A DNA stretch of 64,000 nt from Antedon mediterranea (Eukaryota; Animalia; Echinodermata), in the NCBI RefSeq assembly GCF_964355755.1, contig NC_092676.1, positions 21,532,871-21,596,870 of the forward strand. The letters run 5' to 3'. Both the position numbers and the translations under genes were made by a program. Below are positions 37,201 to 51,010 of the stretch, in pieces (position 1 is the first letter of the stretch; every line of letters begins with the position of its first letter). A model generated the notes under the pieces. It saw only the letters and a program-made list of their open reading frames with translations. It was not told the DNA's origin and made no database searches.

Positions 37201-40200
37201 GGAGGTTGGTGGTGTGAGGAGGTGTATAGTTGTCACTTTAAGACCTAAATTAGATGTTTTCTGAAGAAAAGAAGTAAGCGCATACGCTTTCAAACAACTC
37301 CAAGAAGATTCACACAAAAATAATTACTTTCCAATAAAGTAGTATAACAGTGTATATTACAGTACATTGAATAAACTCGAGCGGAATAATAACGCACATA
37401 AAAAAACATTCATTTTCTTTTCGAAAAGTGCCCTCTCTAGTTTTCTATTAATTTATTAATAATTATTATTAATTAATGAGTAATATGAACATATTTTTAA
37501 TATTCAATGCTGGAAGCTGGTTCTACTCCTAACAAAGTTTCATATCTCCAAATTTCATCAACGTATTCAAAGCACTTCAATATTAAATATCACATTTAAC
37601 ATAAAAATTCGGGTTTTGGATAGAATTTTGCTTAAAAACATATACAAAAAACATCGATAAAAAATACTTTTCGTATTCAAAAACATTTGATACTTGGTAT
37701 AAATGTTCACTATAGTTTGCTCTATTCACAGAAAAAAAATTGCATTCATGAACGTTTTTTGTTGGTCGTTTTTTCAAAATAGTTATTAGCTTGAAAAAAA
37801 TGAGTTGGAATTGTATGGTCTTTCATAAGTGTACATTTTGTAAAAACGTAAATTTAAAAAATCAGTGATATGGCTTGATAGTTATTTTTTGTTTGCAATA
37901 TGGATGGAGCAACCTATATTGAACATTTATACCAAGTATCAAATGTTTTTGAATACGAAAAGTATTTTTTATCGATGTTTTTTGTATATGTTTTTAAGCA
38001 AAATTATATCCAAAACCTGAATTTGTAATGTTAAATGTAATTTTTATTTAAGTGCTTTGAATACGTTGATGAAATTTGGAGATATGAAACTTTGTTAGGA
38101 GTAGATACAGTTTCCAGCATTAAATTTTAAAAATATGTTTATATTACTCATTAATTGATAATAATTATTAATAAATTAATAGAAAACTAGAGAGGGCACT
38201 TTTCGACAAGAAAATGAATGTTTTTTATGTGCGTTATTATTCCGCTCGAGTTTATTCAATGTACTGTAATATACACTGTTATACTATTTTATTGGAAAGT
38301 AATTATTTTTGTGTGAATCTTCTTGGAGTTGTTTGAAAGCGTATCCGCTTACTTCTTTTCTTCAGAAAACATCTAATTTAGGTCTTAAAGTGACAACTAT
38401 ACACCTCACACCACCAACCTCCAACACACTAGTTTCTGCCCACACACACTTCATCTCCTGAACTAACATAGTACAGTATAAGTCAAATAAATTTTTTAAT
38501 TTTTTTTTATTGCTGCCTCAAAAAATATTATATAATAGTAACAATATCAGAAAGGTAGATAGGTATTGTAATAATTTTTAAATTTAAAAATGTTTAAAAA
38601 AAATAAGAATATATGTTTATACATACATTATAAATGAAATATATTAACTACTATTTTAGTAATGCATTCACAAGTACAGATTATCAGAAATCAATGAATC
38701 ATGTGTCTAAATGTGGTATTATTAGGCTAATTTGCTTTGAGAAAAACATTGATGCCATTGGCCTATACAAAAATCAAGGGAATTAGACAAAATATTTACA
38801 TAAACAATTAATACTAATATTGGTAGGCATAAAATAATAGTGTATATAAACTTTCCTTAAATAATAACAGTATAGGGCCTTACCAATTTATTTAATACAT
38901 AATATATGAACTATATTACACAAAAAAAGTATAAATGAATTTATAAGGACATGATGATTATCAAAAATAGTCAATATAATTAAATTTTAAACTCATTACC
39001 GGCATTATAAATAATATTTTTAAAAGATAAGAATGCAAGTAAATATCAGATTCATAGTCCTCATTATACACAATGATTTCCTACTATCACATATTAAAAT
39101 ATAAAACAATCATGCAGCCTTTAATGACTTTACATGGAGGTCTATTCAATTAAATTTAAATAAAAGGGTCATAATATGTCTTCGTCTCCAGTTCGTGGAA
39201 ATTGAAGTTAGGATTCCATCATTTCAACAACAAAAAATATTCAAAATATCCTGCCAGTTTGCATTCAAGACATGCAACCTGCTTAGTTTTTAATACGAGT
39301 ACTGCTTTCTATACACATAACTTTGATTTCTGCAAAAAAAAAAAAATTCTGTAATAATGTACTTTAATTACTGTAATAATCTAGGTATAGATTATGTTGA
39401 CCGGGCCAGTGAGAGGGCGATCGACTGTACTACCATAAGTCCTGTAGGTGTATACAACTTATTTCTTGTCTACAAAGTGTATAGTAGTATGCTAATAGTA
39501 CTATTATTAGATTAGGTAGTTGGGAGCAGTTTGGAGAGATACATCTATCTATGAAAGAGTACTGTATATATGGAACTATCTGTGTTAGCCACCTTTGTAT
39601 TTTTAGATATAATACCAATAGGTACTATGTATTGGGAAACAATTCAACAGTTATGAATAAAAAAAGTCCTATGTACTCTGTATGTTGGAGGAAATAAGCA
39701 AAAGAGCAAATAAAGCCTTGACCACAGGGTGTAAGTCACTATTTTGAATCAGTAGTATGACTTCTTAAGAAGTAATTTAAAAATTATCATTGTATGATCA
39801 AAAAGAAATATTATAATATCTAACTTTCTCCTTTATATAAATATATTATTTTATCCAAGGGGTTGCAAACTCAAGTGTTCACATGTCTTGTTAAGTATTG
39901 CACCTTTGTCCTGTCCTGTAAACGAGCTTCGCTCTTACGGTTATCCATCCATATAAGTTGTTCATCTCTTATGTTCAGAAATTGAAATGGTAAATAAACT
40001 GAAACTGTGCTTATGTGGTACAGGTTGACGAGCCAGGAATGATGGTAGTGCCAGTATACCGTGTAGTTTCCTCAAGGCAATACAATGTAGCTGGAGTAGC
40101 TTGGACAAATACAGTAGAGATTTATGAGACTTGGTGTGTGATGATTCAGTATGATAAATTTGTGCTGTGAAAGACAAAATTGTAGAATTAGGAAGAAAAT

Positions 40201-42243
40201 ATTGTAAAATATAACAAGGAAATTATACTATAGTATAATAAAGGGGTAACCGTATAATACATAATTAATAGTAATAAAGGCAATGGCAATTACTTATATT
40301 ATGTATACATTACAATATTACAAATAAATTCATATATTATTTTATTATGATAAGGAAATCTGTTTTAGAGTGAGAAAAAGCCGTCCCAACCCAGATTTGA
40401 ACCCAGCTATCAATAAAGCTATAAAACAAAATAGACCATATTGTAGCCGGACTGGGTAGCGTAGACTTACTTGAGGCCTAGGCATAGTACGATTAGCTAG
40501 AAGGATACAGGTCAACCCGTACCCATGCCATGCCAACACGCTCGCACCCAAATTTTGGTTTACATATGTTATGCGCGATTTGAACGATTTGCGCAATTTG
40601 AAATTGCGCAAAAAAAATCCTTGCGCAATTTGAATTGAAACATGTGTTTCAAATTGCGCAAGCAACGTATTAAATTGCGCAAGTAATCTGCAAATTGCGC
40701 AAGGTTTTTCGACAGATTGTGAAATCATGCACACCCATATTTTTATAGTAATTTCTAAGAATGATTCAAAATTAAAGATAAATATCGCATTTCCTTATTT
40801 TAGTAGTGCAAATATTGTTATAAGTTAGCATACCGTCGAAGAACCGACGAAGGAAAACGAAGCGGTGGTGTTACACCAGGCGGGCGCGGCGCGGGCGGCC
40901 GGCTATACTCTCTAGCCTAGCTAGGGTCTGGACTACTGATACTGACTAGGTTACATGGCCTAGCTTAAACTTATATTAAAAACTTAATTTTTACATTTAT
41001 TTTGATTTATTTCAAGTTACAGTGATAATATTATTTAATTGTAATAATAAATGTTATGTATTTATTATACACATGTTATCTTCGCATTTATTATGTTTTA
41101 TTTTGAGTTATTTAGTTTCCAATAAATTATTATAATACCGATTGTCTGGTAGAATTTTGTTGCGCAATTTGAAAATTTACAGTTCGTTTTCAAATTGCGC
41201 AAAGGTGTCATATTGCGCAAGAACTATCTTGCGCAATTTACAAATTGTGCAGCGCAATTTAAAATTGCGCAAAGATTTTCTTGCGCAATTTGAAATTGCG
41301 CAAGTTGATTGCGCAATTTGAAATTGCGCAAAAAAATCCTTGCGCAATTTTAAATTGCGCAAGAATTCTTTGCGCAATTTCAAATTGCGCAAGGATTTTT
41401 TTGCGCAATTTCAAATTGCGCAAATCGTTCAAATCGCGCATAACACATATATCCAAAATTTTGGCTTACTCGTACCCATCATGGGCTGCCTAGTAGTAGT
41501 AGTAGTAGCCTAGCCTAAGGCAGCAGGCCCGGCTCTAGCCTACTACATTAAGTCTAGGCCTAGCCTAGTAGTACTAGGCTAGTAGGCCTCTAGGCCTAGC
41601 CTAGGCCCTAGTAGTTAACATCATACATACGCCCCAGAGCCTAGTAGTAGCTACCTACTACTCACTAGCTAGGCCTAGGTAGTAGCAGTAGTAGTTATTG
41701 TAGTAGTATTATTGTATTGTAGTATTAGTTGTAGCTGTCCGGTGATCCTAGGCTAGGCCTAGTACGTAGGCCTAGTTATTCTTCAACAGTCACACAATTC
41801 AGATTCTACCGGCCGCTGATTGCTAGTGAACAGGGGGAGGGAGAGAAAGAGTTAGAAGAACTGAAATAAGCCGTGACGTATAATAAAAATCATACAAAAT
41901 AATAATATAACTAACGAATCCGTATAATATAATAATGTTGTATGTTATAAAGTAAAGTAAATGCGTTTAATATAATACAATTATATTATAATATAATGTA
42001 TTTTATTAATAATATAATATTAAATGTTCATAATATAATGCTAAAACCAAATAATATAATACAAAAAGTCAATAATTTGTTACATTTTTCACATAATATA
42101 TTAGAAATAGATATAATATAATGCTAAAACCAAGTAATATAATGCAAAACGTATAATTCATTACAATACAATATATAATATAATAAAAAAATGATATAAT
42201 AATATAATATTTTGAATACTTCAGACAGCTGAGGCTTGCCATA
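34204..42243. mobile_element. Giant foldback DNA transposon, copy 3; spacer 37723..37906 inverted; nested insertion in the right arm
   Basis: Same termini; GGCCAG at 34198-34203 and 42244-42249. Confidence 0.93.
40567..41445. mobile_element. 879-bp non-autonomous DNA transposon, Ginger-like
   Basis: TGT...ACA ends, TIR TGTTATGCGCGATTTGAACGATTTGCGCAATTTGAAATTGCGCA, 4-bp TSD CATA; absent from the other seven arms. Confidence 0.88.
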
Positions 42244-42249
42244 GGCCAG

Positions 42250-45200
42250 TATGGCAAGCCTCAGCTGTCTGAAGTATTCAAAATATTATATTATTATATC
42301 ATTTTTTTATTATATTATATATTGTATTGTAATGAATTATACGTTTTGCATTATATTACTTGGTTTTAGCATTATATTATATCTATTTCTAATATATTAT
42401 GTGAAAAATGTAACAAATTATTGACTTTTTGTATTATATTATTTGATTTTAGCATTATATTATGAACATTTAATATTATATTATTAATAAAATACATTAT
42501 ATTATAATATAATTGTATTATATTAAACGCATTTACTTTACTTTATAACATACAACATTATTATATTATACGGATTCGTTAGTTATATTATTATTTTGTA
42601 TGATGTTTATTATACGTCACGGCTTATTTCAGTTCTTCTAACTCTTTCTCTCCCTCCCCCTGTTCACTAGCAATCAGCGGCCGGCAGAATCTGAATTGTG
42701 ACTGTTGAAGAATAACTACGTACTAGGCCTAGCCTAGGGGATCTAGACAAGTGACCAAGGATCACCGGACAGCTACAACTAATACTACAATACAATAATA
42801 CTACTACAATAACTACTACTGCTACTACCTAGGCCTAGCTAGTGAGTAGTAGGTAGCTACTACTAGGCTCTAGGGCGTATGTATGATGTTAACTACTAGG
42901 GCCTAGGCCTAGGCTAGGCCTAGAGGCCTACTAGTACTAGGCTAGGCCTAGACTTAAGTTGTAGTAGGCTAGGGCCGGGCCTGCTGCCTTAGGCTAGGCT
43001 ACTACTACTACTACTACTAGGCAGCCCATGATGGGTACGAGTAAGCCAAAATTTTGGATATATGTAAACCAAAATTTGGGTACGAGCGTGTTGGCATGGC
43101 ATGGGTACGGGTTGACCTGTATCCTTCTAGCTAATCGTACTATGCCTAGGCCTCAAGTAAGTCTACGCTACCCAGTCCGGCTACAATATGGTCTATTTTG
43201 TTTTATAGCTTTATTGATAGCTGTGTTCAAATCTGGGTTGGGACGGCTTTTTCTCATTCTAAAACAGATTTCCTTATCATAATAAAATAATATATGAATT
43301 TATTTGTAATATTATTGTAATGTATACATAATATAAGTAATTGCCATTGCCTTTATTACTATTAATTATGTATTATACGGTTACCCCTTAATTATACTAT
43401 AGTATAATTTCCTTGTTATATTTCACAATATTTTCTTCCTAATTCTACAATTTTGTCTTTCACAGCACAAATTTATCATACTGAATCATCACACACCAAG
43501 TCTCATAAATCTCTACTGTATTTGTCCAAGCTACTCCAGCTACATGGTATTGCCTTGAGGCTAAACTACACGGTATACTGGCACTACCATCATTCCTGGC
43601 TCGTCAACCTGTACCACATAAGCACAGTTTCAGTTTATTTACCATTTCAATTTCTGAACATAAGAGATGAACAACTTATATGGATGGATAACCGTAAGAG
43701 CGAAGCTCGTTTACCGGTCACCCGTTAGTGCAGTGACATTACAGAAAACATAAAGACAGGACAAAGGTGCAATACTTAACAAGACATGTGAACACTTGTG
43801 TTTGCAACCCCTTGGATAAAATAATATATTTATATAAAGGAGAAAGTTAGATATTATAATATTTCTTTTTGATCATACAATGATAATTTTTAAATTACTT
43901 CTTAAGAAGTCATACTACTGATTCAAAATAGTGACTTACACCCTGTGGTCAAGGCTTTATTTGCTCTTATGCGTATTTCCTCCAACATATAGAGTACATA
44001 GGACTTTTTTTATTCATAACTGTTGAATTGTTTCCCAATACATAGTACCTATTGGTATTATATCTAAAAATACAAAGGCGGCTAACACAGATAGTTCCAT
44101 ATATACAGTACTCTTTTATAGATAGATGCATCTCTCCAAACTACTCCCAACTACCTAATCTAATAATAGTACTATTAGCATACTACTATACACTTTGAAG
44201 ACAAGAAATAAGTTGTATACACCTACAGGACTTATGGTAGTACAGTCGAACGCCCTCTCACTGGCCCGGTAAACATAATCTATACCTAGATTATTACAGT
44301 AATTAAAGTACATTATTACAGAGTTTTTTTTTTTTTTTTGCAGAAATCAAAGTTATGTGTATAGAAAGCAGTACTCGTATTAAAAACTAAGCAGGTTGCA
44401 GGTCTTGAATGCAAACTGGCAGGATATTTTGAATATTTTTTGTTGTTGAAATGATGGAATCTTAACTTCAATTTCCACGAACTGGAGACGAAGACATATT
44501 ATGACCCTTTCATTTAAATTTATTTGAATAGACCTCCATGTAAAGTCATTAAAGGTTACATGATTGTTTTATATTTTAATATGTGATAGTAGGAAATCAT
44601 TGTGTATAATGAGGACTATGAATCTGATATTTACTTGCATTCTTATCTTTTTAAAATATTATTTATAATGCCGGTAATGAGTTTAAAATTTAATTATATT
44701 GACTATTTTTGATAATCATCATGTCCTTATAAATTCATTTATACTTTTTTTGTGTAATACAGTTCATATATTATGTATTAAATAAATTGGTAAGGCCCTA
44801 TACTGTTACTATTTAAGGAAAGTTTATATACACTATTATTTTATGCCTACCAATATTAGTATTAATTGTTTATGCAAATATTTTGTCTAATTGCCTTGAT
44901 TTTTGTATAGGCCAATGGCATCAATGTTTTTCTCAAAGCAAATTAGCCTAATAATGCCACATTTAGACACATGATTCATTGATTTCTGATATTCTGTACT
45001 TGTGTATGCATTACTAAAATAGTAGTTAATATATTTCATTTATAATGTATGTATAAACATATATTCATATTTTTTTTTAACATTTTTAAATTTAAAAATT
45101 ATTACAATACCTATCTACCTTTCTGATATTGTTACTATTATATAATATTTTTTGAGGCAGCAATAAAAAAAAATTAAAAAATTTATTTGACTTATACTGT

Positions 45201-48200
45201 ACTATGTTAGATCAGGAGATGAAGTGTGTGTGGGCAGAAACTAGTGTGTTGGAGGTTGGTGGTGTGAGGTGTATAGTTGTCACTTTAAGACCTAAATTAG
45301 ATGTTTTCTGAAGAAAAGAAGTAAGCGGATACGCTTTCAAACAACTCCAAGAAGATTCACACAAAAATAATTACTTTCCAATAAAATAGTATAACAGTGT
45401 ATATTACAGTACATTGAATAAACTCGAGCGGAATAATAACACACATAAAAAAAAATTCATTTTCTTGTCGAAAAGTGCCCTCTCTAGTTTTCTATTAATT
45501 TATTAATAATTATTATCAATTAATGAGTAATATGAACATATTTTTAAAATTTAATGCTGGAAACTGTATCTACTCCTAACAAAGTTTCATATCTCCAAAT
45601 TTCATCAACGTATTCAAAGCACTTAAATAAATTACATTTAACATTACAAATTCAGGTTTTGGATATAATTTTGCTTAAAAACATATACAAAAAACATCGA
45701 TAAAAATTACTTTTCGTATTCAAAAACATTTGATACTTGGTATAAATGTTCAATATAGGTTGCTCCATCCATATTGCAAACAAAAAATAACTATCAAGCC
45801 ATATCACTGATTTTTTAAATTTACGTTTTTACAAAATGTACACTTATGAAAGACCATACAATTCCAACTCATTTTTTTCAAGCTAATAACTATTTTGAAA
45901 AAACAACCAACAAAAAACGTTCATGAATGCAATTTTTTTCTGTGAATAGAGCAACCTATAGTGAATATTTATACCAAGTATCAAATGTTTTTGAATACGA
46001 AAAGTATTTTTTATCGATGTTTTTTGTATATGTTTTTAAGCAAAATTCTATCCAAAACCCGAATTTTTATGTTAAATGTGATATTTAATATTGAAGTGCT
46101 TTGAATACGTTGATGAAATTTGGAGATATGAAACTTTGTTAGGAGTAGAACCAGCTTCCAGCATTGAATGTTAAAAATATGTTCATATTACTCATTAATT
46201 AATAATAATTATTAATAAATTAATAGAAAACTAGAGAGGGCACTTTTCGAAAAGAAAATGAATGTTTTTTTATGTGCGTTATTATTCCGCTCGAGTTTAT
46301 TCAATGTACTGTAATATACACTGTTATACTACTTTATTGGAAAGTAATTATTTTTGTGTGAATCTTCTTGGAGTTGTTTGAAAGCGTATGCGCTTACTTC
46401 TTTTCTTCAGAAAACATCTAATTTAGGTCTTAAAGTGACAACTATACACGTCACACCACCAACCTCCAACACACTAGTTTCTGCCCACACACACTTCATC
46501 TCCTGAACTAACATAGTACAGTATAAGTCAAATTAATTGTTCCAATTTTTTTTTTATTGCTGCCTCAAAGAATATTATATAATAGTAACAATATCAGAAA
46601 GGTAGATAGGTATTGTAATAATTTTTAAATTTAAAAATGTTAAAAAAAATATGAATATATGTTTATACATACATTATAAATGAAATATATTAACTACTAT
46701 TTTAGTAATGCATACACAAGTACAGAATATCAGAAATCAATGAATCATGTGTCTAAATGTGGCATTATTAGGCTAATTTGCTTTGAGAAAAACATTGATG
46801 CCATTGGCCTATACAAAAAATCAAGGCAATTAGACAAAATATTTAAATAAACAATTAATACTAATATTGGTAGGCATAAAATAATAGTGTATATAAACTT
46901 TCCTTAAATAGTAACAGTATAGGGCCTTACCAATTTACTTAATACATAATATATGAACTATATTACACAAAAGAAATATAAATGAATTCATAAGGACATG
47001 ATGATTATCAAAAATAGTCAATATAATTAAATTTTAAACTCATTACCGGCATTATAAATAATAATTTAAAAAGATGAGAATGCAAGTAAATATCAGATTC
47101 ATAGTCCTCATTATACACAATGATTTTCTACTATCACTTATTAAAATATAAAACAATCATGTAGCCTTTAATGAGTTTACATGGAGGTCTATTCAAATAA
47201 ATTTAAATAAAAGGGTTCGTGGAAATTGAAGTTAGGATTCCATCATTTCAACAACAAAAAATATTCAAAATATCCTGCCAGTTTGCGTTCAAGACCTGCA
47301 TCCTGCTTAGTTTTTAATACGAGTACTGCTTTCTATACACATAACTTTGATTTCTGCAAAAAAAAACAACTCTGTAATAATGTACTTTAATTACTGTAAT
47401 AATCTAGGTATAGATTATGTTGACCGGGCCAGTGAGAGGGCGATCGACTGTACTACCATAAGTCCTCTAGGTGTATACAACTTATTTCTTGTCTACAAAG
47501 TGTATAGTAGTATGCTAATAGTACTATTATTAGATTAGGTAGTTGGGAGTAGTTTGGAGAGATACATTTATTTATAAAAGAGTACTGTATATATGGAACT
47601 ATCTGTGTTAGCCGCCTTTGTATTTTTAGATATAATACCAATAGGTACTATGTATTGGGAAACAATTCAACAGTTATGAATAAAAAAAGTCCTATGTACT
47701 CTGTATGTTGGAGGAAATAAGCATAAGAGCAAAGAAAGCCTTGACCACAGGGTGTAAGTCACTATTTTGAATCAGTAGTATGACTTCTTAAGAAGTAATT
47801 TAAAAATTATCATTGTATGATCAAAAAGAAATATTATAATATCTAACTTTCTCCATTATATAAATATATTATTTTATCCAAGGGGTTGCAAACACAAATG
47901 TTCACATGTCTTGTTAAGTATTGCACCTTTGTCCTGTCTTTATGTTGTCTGTAATGTCACTGCACTAACGGGTGACCGGTAAACGAGCTTCGCTCTTACG
48001 GTTATCCATCCATATAAGTTGTTCATCTCTTATGTTCAGAAATTGAAATAGTAAATAAACTGAAACTGAAACTGTGCTTATGTTATGTGGTACAGGTTGA
48101 CGAGCCAGGAATGATGGTAGTGCCAATATACCGTGTAGTTTAGCCTCAAGGCAATACCATGTAGCTGGAGTAGCTTGGACAAATACAGTAGAGATTTATG

Positions 48201-48645
48201 AGACTTGGTGTGTGATGATTCAGTATGATAAATTTGTGCTGTGAAAGACAAAATTGTAGAATTAGGAAGAAAATATTGTAAAATATAACAAGGAAATTAT
48301 ACTATAGTATAATTAAGGGGTAACCGTATAATACATAATTAATAGTAATAAAGGCAATGGCAATTACTTATATTATGTATACATTACAATATTACAAATA
48401 AATTCATATATTATTTTATTATAAGGAAATCTGTTTTAGAATGAGAAAAAGCCGTCCCAACCCAGATTTGAACCCAGCTATCAATAAAGCTATATAAAAC
48501 AAAATAGACCATATTGTAGCCGGACTGGGTAGCGTAGACTTACTTGAGGCCTAGGCATAGTACGATTAGCTAGACACGCTCGTACCCAAATTTTGGTTTA
48601 CATGTATCCAAAATTTTGGCTTACTCGTACCCATCATGGGCTGCC

Positions 48646-48678
<33 letters not shown>

Positions 48679-49427
48679 CCTAGCCTAAGGCAGCAGGCCC
48701 GGCCCTAGCCTACTACAACTTAAGTCTAGGCCTAGCCTAGTATTAGTAGGCCTCTAGGCCTAGCCTAGGCCTAGGCCCTAGTAGTTAACATCATACATAC
48801 GCCTAGTAGCTACCTACTACTCACTAGCTAGGCCTAGGTAGTTATTGTAGTAGTTATTGTAGTAGTATTATTGTATTGTAGTATTAGTTGTAGCTGTCCG
48901 GTGATCCTTGGTCACTTGTCTAGATCCCCTAGTAGGCCTAGGCTAGGCCTAGTACGTAGTTATTCTTCAACAGTCACACAATTCAGATTCTGCCAGCCGC
49001 TGATTGCTAGTGAACAGGGGGAGGGAGAGAAAGAGTTAGAAGAACTGAAATAAGCCGTGACGTATAATAAACATCATACAAAATAATAATATAACTAACG
49101 AATCCGTATAATATAATAATGTTGTATGTTATAAAGTAAAGTAAATGCGTTTAATATAATACAATTATATTATAATATAATGTATTTTATTAATAATATA
49201 ATATTAAATGTTCATAATATAATGCTAAAACCAAATAATATAATACAAAAAGTCAATAATTTGTTACATTTTTCACATAATATATTAGAAATAGATATAA
49301 TATAATGCTAAAACCAAGTAATATAATGCAAAACGTATAATTCATTACAATACAATATATAATATAATAAAAAAATGATATAATAATATAATATTTTGAA
49401 TACTTCAGACAGCTGAGGCTTGCCATA
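42250..49427. mobile_element. Giant foldback DNA transposon, copy 4; spacer 45766..45948; tandem with copy 3
   Basis: Same termini; GGCCAG at 42244-42249 and 49428-49433. Confidence 0.93.
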
Positions 49428-49889
49428 GGCCAGCTATCCTAATAATGTTTATAAACATTTTGAAGCGTTCCTCACTCGTTGCTACTAGAAAATGATTATG
49501 GTCTTTCTTGGATAAGGTCTAAATAAATGTAAACTTGAATTGAATGGAATAACACGTGACCTACCATCAAAAAGTACGATTTGAGTAAATAATTACAAAA
49601 CAGGAATAAACAACCATTTTAAGTAGGTCGATGGTACTCTTACTTACATAGTACGCCCGACTACTGACTAAATTAATTATATTAACATGAACTCTACATG
49701 AACATCTATATTTATTGTATCTAAAAAATAAATTTCTTCCAAATTATTTTTTTTATTGGACGCTTACAGTAACACGACTACAAATAATTTGTTTAATGGG
49801 ATTTTTTTTTCGTTCTGTTTTGATATTTTTTATATAATAGAAGCTTACTATTCTTATTATAGAAGTCTTTTCTTGACTTGAAAACGATG

Positions 49890-50284
49890 TTTAGGTCCAC
49901 TGTCGGGCTGGTAAAATGATTGGTCTGGAACTGCCTTCCTTTACCGATGTGCACCTAGAACACCATCAGAAAGATTTCGAACGCATTGAGTCGGATGCCT
50001 CTCATCCTCTCCACAAAGTGATCATAGACCAACTTAATCCAAGTGGTAGATTGAGGCTCCTCAGTGTGAAAACAAATCGATTTGCTAAATCCTTTATTCC
50101 CTCCGGTATCATCCAGTACAACAGGAAGTCAAGAAGATAATTTTATCTTGTAATTTTTTAGATGTTTTTATATGAATGGTTTTATGCTATATTTGTTTTT
50201 ATTGTGTTTTCTTTGTTATTATGACGAGAAATGAATTTCCTTTTTGAGGATCAATAAAAGTTATCTTATCTTATCTTATCTTAT
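49890..50284 (+). mobile_element. 3' end of a Rex1/Babar-like (CR1 group) LINE
   Basis: DASHPLH...PSGRLRLLSVKTNRFAKSFIPSGIIQYN*, then AATAAA and a (TTATC)n tail at ~50261-50284. Confidence 0.8.
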
Positions 50285-51010
50285 ACTACCGTAATCAATA
50301 AATCGCCATGACTGATTATCAAATTTAGATACTTGCGGGTGGGGTAATGAATTGAAAACGGTCCATTGCACTTATGTATTAATGCTGATCAAGAGAATAT
50401 GGATTTAAAATACCTTATTTCGAAAGAACGGTATTTTCTTGACAGTCTCCAATGTCAAACACATTCGGGAAACCGTTCATTATACTTAAGATATACAACT
50501 TAAATCCAAAATAAGACGTCCTTAACATGAATTCACAAAGTAGAATCAGAAAACCAGTAACCGTTTAGTTCTTTCCTCTGTCCTATAAATATCCCTGTTT
50601 TAGTGCATTTAAACAAAACAATTTATATTACTATGTAATTTTTTTTTACTTTGATTGATAATTATTAATGTATTTAAAATAAAGACAAACATTGCAAATA
50701 CATTATTTATCAATTGAAGATGACCCGTTTAAATCTGTCAAAAGCCTAGTTACACTGGTTCGAAAGTGCCAACACATTCAGCAGTTGGAAAACGAGTTTC
50801 GTATAGGCTATACCCCATCGCACGTATAAGCCACCGTAAATATATTTCAAGTATGCGTTTATTTTTTAAATAATATTTTAAAGTGCATTAAACTACTGAG
50901 TAGGCTATATTAAAGTTAATAAAGTTAACGATCTATGCTTTGTTATTCAATTAGATATTTAACTCCGACAACAGAGCTACGGTCTGCAGTACGCTATCTA
51001 CTTACGCAAT

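Noticed and set aside
41177-41493. Lys/Arg-rich repetitive ORFs (RNLKLRK...)
   Set aside because: Translations of TTGCGCAA subterminal repeats.
18921-49053. Recurrent short ORFs in the foldback arms (MVLYLKIQ..., MSFTAQIY..., MMGTSKPK..., MYCSISC...)
   Set aside because: They recur only because the arms are repeated; mostly non-ATG starts, frameshifted between copies, no recognisable domain.
18548-49427. Palindromes as amplification or foldback-read assembly artefacts
   Set aside because: Distinct 6-bp TSDs per site, arm-specific indels and nested insertions, and a conserved spacer argue for real elements; read-level confirmation is still advisable.
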